Shown: piece by piece, positions 48,981-59,284 of the stretch | Numbering within the stretch: the first letter of the stretch is position 1 | How the letters are laid out: the number at the start of each line of letters is the position of its first letter | Assembly (NCBI GenBank): GCA_030390025.1 | Contig: CM059432.1 | Coordinates: 7,998,001-8,062,000 of the forward strand | Length of the DNA stretch: 64,000 bases | Source: Squalus acanthias | Taxonomy: Eukaryota | Direction of reading: 5' to 3' | Notes under the pieces: generated by a model | The model's input: only the letters and a program-made list of their open reading frames with translations | Databases searched by the model: none | What the model was told of the DNA's origin: nothing | Position numbers and translations under genes: made by a program

Positions 48981-49633
48981 GGGCGAAAAATTGAGTTAAC
49001 TTCGCCAGGGCGCTACTTTTAGCGCCCCGGAAAAATTAGCGCCCCCGCGACCGAAATTGAGTGGTAGCGCCCCAAGAGGGAAGCGGGGCGCCGCGGTATT
49101 GCAGGCCTTCCACCCCTTCTTAAAGGGAAGGGGCCTTGCGCAGCACGACACGGGGCCCAGCTGGGCAAAAGAGCCCGGCACTAAAGAGAAGTTCCGGGTT
49201 CATGGAGTGCAGCCGGCACTCTGCGGGGGGGCAAGTAAGGAGGCCGGGGACGGGAGTGGAGGCAGGTGCTGGAAGGCGGCCAGCAACAAAAATGGCCGCT
49301 CGGCACCTCGCCTTTAAATAGCGCTGCCCCGGCTGCAGGTAGGCCCCCCTGACCCCGTCAGACATAGCGTCCGGTGGTAAGTCAGGGGGCGCTACTGAAG
49401 ATCACGGCCGTGGCGCGAGCGGGGCGCGCGCGGGGCGCTGCGCACGACAATGACGTCATCGCCAGCAGCGCAGCGCCGCGGGGCGCTAACGGTTAGCGCT
49501 GCCGCTAACCTCCCACTGAATTTCGCAGGGAGGCGTTGGCGGTGCCGCGCTCGGGCGCTCGTTGCTTTGCGCCCCTCGTTCGTGCCCTAAGAGGGCGGTA
49601 CCGGGAGGCGCAAAGCAACCAAATTTTTCCCCC
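48981..49633. mobile_element. GC-rich Harbinger-type MITE, TSD TTT
   Basis: GGGCGAAAAATTG...CAAATTTTTCCCCC; TTT on both sides; right half matches 1-230; sits in a CR1 3' end. Confidence 0.85.
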
Positions 49634-50214
49634 TTTACATTTACTTGAAAAGGAAAGAAATTTGCAGGGCTATGGGGAAAGAGCAGGGGAGTGGGACTAA
49701 TTGGAGAGCTCTACCAAAGAGCCGGCACAGGCACGATGGGCCGAATGGCCTCCTTCTGTGCTGTGGGATTCTCTGCTAGATTCCAGCATCTTCCCCACAA
49801 TTGAATCACCTTCTTCTTGACAAACGCGTAGCTTAGCTAAGGCGCAATCCAGACATTGGCAACAGACTCACAGTCAAGTCACTCCGAATACAGAAAGCAC
49901 CTGTTAGTTACATCGATGTAGCATCTGATCATAAATGTAGCAAATTTCTATACTTACCAGATGTTGCACAATTTCCTGCCTGAATCCTGCAAGTTTGTAT
50001 AGAAGTCCTGGAGGCAAAGCCTGGCTTTCTGGCCACATCCGAGCAATAACAAATCACTTGCACTGGCAATTTAATTCAGTGGAGCGACTAATCTAGGGGC
50101 AGGAGGTGCAATATGCTTCTTTTATTAAAAACAAAATGGGAACATCACAAACTTGTATCAGGGACATAATTAACAACAAACTAACCTAATCTCATGACAG
50201 ATAGAAAGTGCAGA

Positions 50215-50930
50215 ATAAGAACATAAGAATTAGGAGCAGGAGTCGGCCATCCGGCCCCTCGATCCTGCTCCGCCATTCAATAAGATCATGGCCGATCTTT
50301 GACCTCGACTCCACTTTCCTGCCCGATCTCCATTTCCCTTGATTCCCCTAGAGTCCAAAAATCTACCGATCTCAGCCTTGAATATACTCAACGACTGAGC
50401 CTCCACAGCTCTCTGGGGTAGATTCACCACCCTCCGAGTGAAGAAATTTCTCCTCATCTCAGTCCTAAATGGCCGACCCCTTATCCTGTGACTATGACCC
50501 CGAGTTCTAGATTCCCCAGCCAGGGAAAACAACCTCTCAGCATCTACCCCGTCAATCCCCTTCAGAATCTTAAATATTTCAATGAGATCACCTCTCATTC
50601 TTCTAAACTCCAGAGAGTATAGATAGAAGGTGCAGATATTAAAGGGTTATGTGATTTGTCAACACCTTACAAGAGGTGACATGAGGAAAAACATTTTTAC
50701 ACAGCGAGTTGTTATGATCTGGAATGCGCTGCCCGAAAGGGCGGTGGAAACAGATTCAATAGTAACTTTCAAAAGGGAATTTGATAAACATTTGAAGGGT
50801 AAAGATTTGCAGGGCAATGGGGAAAGAGCAGGGGGAGTGGGACCAATTGGAGCGCTCTTTCAAAGAGCAGGCACAGGCACGATGGGCCGAATGGCCTCCT
50901 TCAGTGCTGTATCATTCTATGATTCTATGA
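50215..50930. mobile_element. Two CR1 3' ends (minus 50215-50620, plus 50670-50930)
   Basis: ORF2 C-terminal motifs and 3' UTRs. Confidence 0.8.
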
Positions 50931-52034
50931 AAGTACTCACAGTTGGTGGCAATTTTCACCCAACCCACCCATCGGGAAACTGACGGGATTGGGTGCAACG
51001 CTGGTTTCACTCCCCACCTGACCTTAGACGTCAGTGGAGAATAATATTGGGCGGAGAGCAAAACTGGCGTTCCACCTGACCCAGTGGGTTTCCTGCCCAA
51101 AGAGTCAGGTTAAAATTAACACTTCCACCGTCTCCATAGCACTGCGGAACCCCATATTGGCCCTAAGCTCTGGAATTTCCTCTCTAAACCTCTCCGCCTC
51201 TCGACCTCTCTCTCCACCTTTAAGACGCTCCTTAAAACCTCCCTCTTTGACCAAGCTTTTGTTCGCCTGCCCTAATATCTCCTTATGTGGCTCGGTGTCA
51301 AATTTTGTTTGGTAATCGCTCCTGTGCAGCGCCTTGGGACGTTTTTCCTATGTTAAAGGCGCTCTATAAATGCAGGTTGTTGTTGAAAGATATGGAGATG
51401 TCTAATGGATTGAATGAATATGCATTCAAAAATATGTAAACGAGCTACATTCCAGCTCTAAATTCGAATCTTTTAAGAAGTCAGTTTTACCTGAGCTTGA
51501 ATCCTGCCAGCATCCATCATCCCTAATTGTGATTAAATTGTTGTTGAATGCTGCAGCTCCTCTGTTCTTAAATCAATGTCAAAACAAGCTGCCCCAGACC
51601 TACTTTATTGTAAGACAATGTAAAAATAAATTGTGGCCTTAATTAGATTAAGGCTGTGCACAGGACACGCTCTACCTGCAGGGGTGTTTTTGCGGTCGAT
51701 GTTTGGCGTCACATGCCCTTGGCTCGAGCTTTGAATTAAACATCTGACATTTTGCTTTGATTATTGGTGAAGTTGGATCCTCTGAAAATCGGACTTGAAT
51801 TTTGCTCCCAATCGTATGAAATATCTGTGCGTCAAAAGCCATTGCGATTGAAATGCTGCTGATTTCTATTTTTAGTGCACTGGTTCACCCACTTGTGTAA
51901 AATTCTTTTATGCACGTTCTAACACACAGTGAAACCTGCACATTGCGGACATCTAAGAGACTGGCATTAGCTGTCCACTTTTTGCAGGTGTCCTTGTTTT
52001 CCAAAATGGCTACAGTGCGCACTGGAATGAGTAC

Positions 52035-53358
52035 GGTAGCATAGTGGTTATGTCACTGGACTAGTAAGCCAGAGGCCTGGACTAATGATCTGGGATCGTA
52101 CGTGAGTTCAAATCCCACCATGGTAGCTGGGGAATTTAAATTCAGTTACATTAAGTTAATTACATAGAAAGATAGCAGCAGGTAGTAGGCCATTCGACCC
52201 CTCGAGCCTGCTCCGCCACTCAACACAATCATGGCTGATCATCCAAATTCAGTACCCTGTCCCTGCCTTCTCCCCATATCCCTTGGTCCCTTTAGCCTTA
52301 AGAAATATATCTAACTCCTTCTTGAATATATTTAATGAATTGGCCTCAACTGCCTTGTGTGGGAGAGAATTCCACAGGTTCACCACTCTCTGGGTGAAGA
52401 AATTCCTCCTCATCTCAGTCCTAAATGGCTTACCCCTTATCCTTAGACTGTGACCTCTGGTTCTGGACTCCCCCGCCATCGGGAACATCCTTCCTGCGTC
52501 TAGTCCTGTTAGAATTTTATAAGTTTCAATGAGATCCCCTCTCATTCTTCTAAACTCTAGCGAATATAAGCCCAATCGACCCAATCTCTCTTCATACGTC
52601 ATTCCTGCCATCCCAGGTATCAGTCTGGTGAATCTTCGCTGCACACCCTCCATGGCAAGAACATCCTTTCTCAGATAAGGCGACCAAAACTGCACACAAT
52701 ACTCAAGGTGTGGTCTCACCAAGGCCCAGTACAACTGCAGCAAGACATCCTTGCTCCTGTACTCAAATCCTCTCGCTATGAAGGCCAACATACCATTTGC
52801 CTTCTTAACCGCCTGCTGCACCTGCATACTTACCTTCAGCGACTGGTGCACAAGGACACCCAGGTCTCGTTGCACCTCCCCTTTTCCCAATCTATCGCCG
52901 TTCAGATAATAATCTGTCTTCCTGTTTTTGCCACCAAAGTGGATAACCTCGCACTTATCCACATTATACTGCATCTGCCATGCATCTGCCCAATCACCCA
53001 ACCTGTCCAAATCATACTGGAGTTTCTCTGCATCCTCTGGCTAGTAATGGTGACCATGAAACTACTGGAATTGTCATAAAAACCCATCTAGTTCACTAAT
53101 GTCCTTTAGGGAAGGAAATCTGCCGTCCTTACCTGGTCTGGCCTATATGTGACTCCAGACCCACAGCAATGTGGTTGACTCTTAACTGCTCCACTGAAAT
53201 GGCCCAGCGAGACACTCAGTTGTAACAAACTGCTACAAAAAAAGTACTGCAGCGGTTCAAGAAGGCGGCTCACCACCACCCTTCTCAAGAGCAATTAGGG
53301 ATGGGCAATAAATGCTGGCCTTGCCAGGATACCCACATCCCATGAAAGAATGAATAAA
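52035..53358 (+). mobile_element. tRNA-derived SINE (second family) split by a minus-strand CR1
   Basis: Head GGTAGCATAGTGG...GAGTTCAAATCCC (A/B boxes); body resumes ~53040; tail matches LINE family B. Confidence 0.75.
52162..53037 (-). mobile_element. 5'-truncated CR1 with open 253-aa ORF2 C-terminal half
   Basis: ORF 52249-53010, same subfamily as 10573-12093. Confidence 0.9.
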
Positions 53359-56300
53359 AACTATCTGCTTGAAGAATCAGCTGAGATGCCAACAAGGCTG
53401 GGAACTTAAGTCTGGAAGCCGATATAACAACAAAACCAAGTACAGTACTTGTAGAGTGGATCTTGTTCCTAACGGCACTCGCAGAGGACGGAGAACTGTA
53501 CCGCATGGGGTTGGGAGCGTGCATCATCTGGCTCTGCGTTTGGTCGGGTGATCGCGTATCCTCTGGGTCCGTGTGGGGTCGCGTCTGGGTCTGCGTGGGG
53601 TCGGATACGGCATATTCTCTGTCGTGTGTTGTCAACAAGGTTGTTTTTGGAAGCAGGGACAGGGGCCTTGGGGTGATTCAAACCCCGGATACCGGCATGG
53701 ACTGAAAGGAATCCAGTAATAATCCAGCGATCGTCAGACTCAGATAGAATCACAGAATGGTTGCAGCACAGAAGGAGGCCATTCGATCCCATCGAGCCCG
53801 TGCTGGCTCTCTGCAAGAGCACTTCAGCCAGTCCCACTCCCCCGCCCTTTCCCCGTAGCCCTGCAAATTTTTCTCCTTCAGGTACTTATCCAACTCCCTT
53901 TTAAAAGCCACGATTGAATCTGCCTCCACCACCCTCTCAGGCAGTGCAATCCAGATCCTAACCACTCGCTGCGTAAAAAAGTTTTCCCTCATGTCGCCTT
54001 TTGGTTCTTCTGCCAATCACCTTAAATCTGTGACAGTCGGTACTTTCAGCATTTTGAAATGTGACGTCAAGTCTTGTCCCTTGTTTTAAGTTGTAAAGGG
54101 TTTGGTGCATCGAAGGCTGTCCGTTGTTCATGATCTGTAAGTGTCCGTAATTTCAGAGCGCCGCTTGTATATTGTACCATGTAACTTATTTGGATCTCTC
54201 AGTAAGTGCCCGTTTATACAGGTTCCACTGTAATCCTAAACCTTTTTATTTTAAACAGAATAAAATGCTTTGCAGCAACAGCAACAGCAACGTGTATTTA
54301 TACAGCGCCTTTAACGTAGTAAAACGTCCCAAGGTGCTCACAGGAGTGATTATCAAACAAAATTTAACACCAAGCCACACAAGGAGATATTAGGACAGGC
54401 GACCAAAAGCTTGGTCAAAGAGGGAGGTTTTAAGGAGCGTCTTAAAGGAGGAGAGAGAGAGGTAAAATCATAGAATCACAGAATATGGTTACAGCACGGA
54501 AGAAGGCCATTCGACCCGTCGAGCCCGTGCCAGCTCTCTGCAAGAGCACTTCAGCCAGTCCCACTCCCCCCTGCCCTTTCCCCGATAGGTAGAGAGGCGG
54601 AGAGGTTTAGGGAGGGAATTCCAGAGCTTAGGGCCCAGGCAGCTGAAGGCACGGCCGCCAATGGTGGAGCGATTAAAATCAGGGATGCTCAAGAGGCCAG
54701 AATTAGAGGAGCGCAGAGATCGCGGGGGGTTGTAGGGCTGGAGGATTGTAAGGCTGGTGGAGATTACAGGGGCAAGGCCATGGAGGGAATTGAACACAAG
54801 GATGAGAATTTTAAAATCTAGGCGTTGGAGATTGGGCAGTAGTTTGCAAGGACAGAGGGGTCGAGGGTTGTTTTTTGAGGAGATGGGTGATGACAGCAGA
54901 TTTGAAGGAGAGGAGGACAGCACCTGAGGAAAGAGAACCGTTAACAATATCAGCTAACACGGGAGCCAGGAAGGGAAGTTGCATGGTCAGCAGTTTAGTG
55001 GGAATAGGGTCGAGGGATCAGGAGGTGGATCTCGTGAACAAGATGAGCTCGGAGAGGGCATGAGGGGAGATAGGAGAGAAACTCGAGAAGCAAATCAATC
55101 GTGTCACCCCCTTTTAAAAAGACAATCAGATAGCAGCTGACTAGAATTAAACTGCAATCACGAATATATCAAAAGATATGTTACACGTTACCTGCTACCT
55201 GAGAGGTATCAAGATTTTGATGCAAATAACATACACAGGAATTTTGCATTAGCACAGTGCCTTAAAAACAGCAACAACTGGAACTTCCATTCTGTGAAAT
55301 GTCGACATCCCCATAATGCAGTTGTAGAGTCTGGTGAGGGAGCTAGCATCAATGTAAGTACAATGGGCCAAATGGCCTCCTTTTGCCTCCAGGTATCAAT
55401 AATTGATAATAGATTTTATTTTATTCGCTTATGGGATCTGGGCATCACTGGCAAGGCCAGCATTTATTGCCCATCCCGAGTTGCCCTTGAGAAGGTGGTG
55501 GTGAGCTGCCTTCTTGAACCGCTGCAGTCCGTGTGGTGAAGGTGCTCCCACAGTGCTGTTAGGGAGGGAGTTCCAGGATTTTGACCCAGCGACGATGAAG
55601 GAACGGGGCGATATATTTCTAAGTCAGGATGGCGTGTGACTTGGAGGGGAACTTGGAGGTGGTGGTGTTCCCATGTGCCTGCTGCCCTTGTCTTTCTCGG
55701 TGGAAGAGGTCGCAGATAAACATGCAAAAGCATCTTTTAGCTTCTTCAGAATTTTAGTTTCATTCCAAGTGGCTGGTATTTGCTCGTCTTTATTGAACAG
55801 AATGACATAGGTTGTTATGCAAAGTGTTTTATTTTCGCACAATGTATTTTAACAGTCAGAATCACCAAAAACTGGCAAGCTGGTAAGAACGTAAGAAATA
55901 GGAGCAGGAATAGGCCATACGGCCCCCTCGAGCCTGCTCTGCCATTCAATGGGATCATGGCCGATCTGCGACCTCAACTCCACTTTCCCGCCTGTCTCCA
56001 TATCCCTCGATTCCCCTAGAGTCCAAAAATCGATCTATCTCAGCCTTGAATATACTCAACGATTCTACATTCACAGCCCTCTGGGGCAGAGAATTCCAAA
56101 GATTCACAACCCTCTGAGTGAAGAAATTCCTCCTCATCTCGGTCTTAAATGGCCGACCCCTTATCTTGGTGTTTGTGATACTATAACATGCAGCGTGATG
56201 GATTGCTGAGTGCAACACAGACCATTCTGGATTATCTGCCAGAACTACACTCGGCATAAGTGACGCTTGTTGAAAACTGGCGTCCAGTTTGGAAAGTGTA

Positions 56301-56452
56301 ATCGGGCTGCAGACCTCACTTTTAAAGCTAGAGTCAGCAATGTGGCCCGTCGGAAGAGCCGAATGTGAAATGATTTAAATATATATATATATATTTTTCA
56401 TTTGTTTGCCCTCTAGAAACTTTGGTAGTGTGACAGTATGCAGGTGGCACCT

Positions 56453-57835
56453 ATAAGAACATAAGAACATAAGAAATAGGAGCAGGAGATGGTCATTTGG
56501 CCCCTCGAGCCTGCTCTGCCATTTAATGAGATCATGGCTGATCTGATCTTGGGCTCAGCTCCCACTTCCCTGTCCGCTCCCCATAACCCTTGACTCCCTT
56601 ATCGTTCAAAAATCTGTCTATCTCCACCTTAAATATATTCAATGACCCAGCCTCCACAGCTCTCTGGGGAAGAGAATTCCAAAGATTCACGACCCTCTGA
56701 GAGAAGAAATTCCTCCTCATTTCCGATTTAAAAGGGTGTCCCCTTATTCTGAAATTATGCCCCCTAGTTGTAGATTCCCCCACGAGGGGAAACATCCTCC
56801 CTGCATCTACCCTGTCAATCCCCCTTCAGAATCTTATATGTTTCAATAAGATCCCCTCTCAATCTTCTAAACTCCAATGAGCATAGGCCCAACCTGCTCA
56901 ACCTTTCTTCATAAGACAACCCGTGCTCTCACCAACGCCCTGTACAGTTGTAACAGGACTTCCCTACTTTTATACTCCATTCCCTTTGCAATAAAGGCCA
57001 ACACTCCATTTGTCTTCCTAATTACTTGCTGCACCTGCATGCTAACTTTTTGTGATTCATGTACAAGGACTCCCAGATCCCTCTGTACCTCAGCATTTTA
57101 TAATCTCTCCCCATTTAAATAATATTTTGCTTTTTTATTTTTCCTACCAAAGTGGATAACCTCGCATTTTCCCACATTAAACTCCATCTGCCAGATTTTT
57201 GCCCACTCACTTAGCCTATCTATATCCATTTGGAGATTCTTTGCGTCCTCCACACAATTAGCTTTCCCACCTATCTTTGTATCATCAGCAAATTTGGCTA
57301 CATTACACTCAGTCCCTTCATCCAAGTCATTAATATAGATTGTAAATAGTTGAGGCCCCAGCACTGATCCCTGCAGCACCCCACTAGTTACAGTTTGCCA
57401 ACCTGAAAATTACCCATTTATCCTGACTCTCTGTTTTGTTAGTTAGCCAATCCTCTATCCATGCTAATATATTACCCCCAACCCCATGAGCTCTTATCTT
57501 GTATAGTAACCTTTTATGTGGCACCTTATCGAATGCCTTCTGGAAATCCAAATACACCACATCTACTGGTTCCCCTTTATCCACCCTGCTCGTTACATCC
57601 TCAAAGAACTCCAGCAAAGTTGTCAAACATGATTTCCCTTTCATAAAACCATGCTGACTCTGCTTGACTATATTATGATTTTCTAAATGTCCTGCTATCA
57701 CTTCCTTAATGATGGACTCCAGCATTTTCCCAATAACAGATGTTAGGCTAACTGGTCGATAGTTGCCTGCTTTCTGTCTCCCTCCTTTCTTAAATAGGGG
57801 CGTTACATTTGTGGTTTTCCAGTCCGCTGGGACCT
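56453..57835 (-). mobile_element. CR1 LINE, decayed RT to tail
   Basis: [41 protein letters not shown]. Confidence 0.9.
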
Positions 57836-59284
57836 CTCCTACATTACAACAGTGACTACACTTCAAGAGTACTTCATTGGCTTTGGGATGTCCTGAGGTC
57901 ATGAAAGGCGCTATATAATTCTTTCTTTCTTTCTTTCTTTCATTCTTTCTTTCTTGTTACCTAGCCAATATTTATCCCTCGACCAACATGACAAAAACAG
58001 ATTATCTGGTCATTATCACATTGCTGTTTGTGGGAGCTTGCTGTGCGCAAATTGGCTGCCGTGTTTCCCACATTACAACAGTGACCACACTTCAAAAAAT
58101 ACTTCATTGGCTGTAAGGCACTTTGAGATGTCCGGTGGTCATGAAAGGCGCTGTAGAAATACAAGTCTTTCTTTCTGTCTTCTTTCTATATTTCCTCTTA
58201 GATCTTATGGGCTGGATTTTGTCAGTGTGGGTGGGCTGGGGCATGTCAGGTGGGATTCATGTCAGGACCCCGACTCCTAACTGAAGTGTTGAAAAATTGC
58301 GATTTTCCCCTAATTGGGCAATTGATTTCCTGCGTGTGGGAACCACTGGCCCAATGAGTCTTTTCATACAGAAAGTCGCCTCCGATGACGTCATCAATGC
58401 TGTTGGATTTAAGGCCTGCAAGCAGCCTTGATTCTTCTGGAGACTGGAAACGCTTTGGACATTGTATGAAGGACTTCATTTACCGACCATGTCCACGATC
58501 AAGCAAAAGTGTGCACCTCGCTTTGATGAGCCCTCCCTCCAAGCTCTGGTGCAGGGAGCAAGATCTAATAAGGAGGTGCTCTTCCCTTCCTCAGGGGGAA
58601 AAAAAGCCACCACAACAGACTAAAGCTGTGTGGCTGCAAGTGGCCCAGGAGGCCAATGCCATCTCTATGTGACGCAGAACCTGGCTGCAGTGCAGGAAGA
58701 GGTTTCAAGACCTTCTCCGCACAGGAAAAGTGAGTATGACTTGCCAATCACCCTCAATCTGATCCCCATCGCCTCTCCTCACCAGCACTCAGCTTTGCCA
58801 ACATCTTCCTCCACATCCCACTTGACACTGACATCCCTGCACCCTTACCCATTCTCTCTCTCTCTCTATGGTCACATTCACTTAACTATTCGACCATGCA
58901 GCCCTCACACTCCCTATCACTGTGACGCAATGACAGCAACTTACAACACACGGGAAGGGCCCTTTGTCTCCTTCTAAGCATCTATGCTATGGATTCTTTA
59001 CACTCACTCCTTCATTCTCACTCAAACTCCACTTGTATCCCTCATTGCAGGAAAAGAGAGCCCACAATAAGTGGGAAAGAGTGAGGACAGGAGGAGGGCC
59101 ACCCTCAGTAGCCCAGCTCACCACCTCGGAGGAGGCGGCCCTGGAAATTGCCGGGATTGAGGAGGATTCCCAAGTGGGGGACGGACAGGCGGGCGCATCA
59201 CAGCAAGCTGGTGACAGAATAGTTTGGCATCTCTCTCATTGACATTGCATGAGTGACTGATAATGATTCTGATGCTCGAACAGA

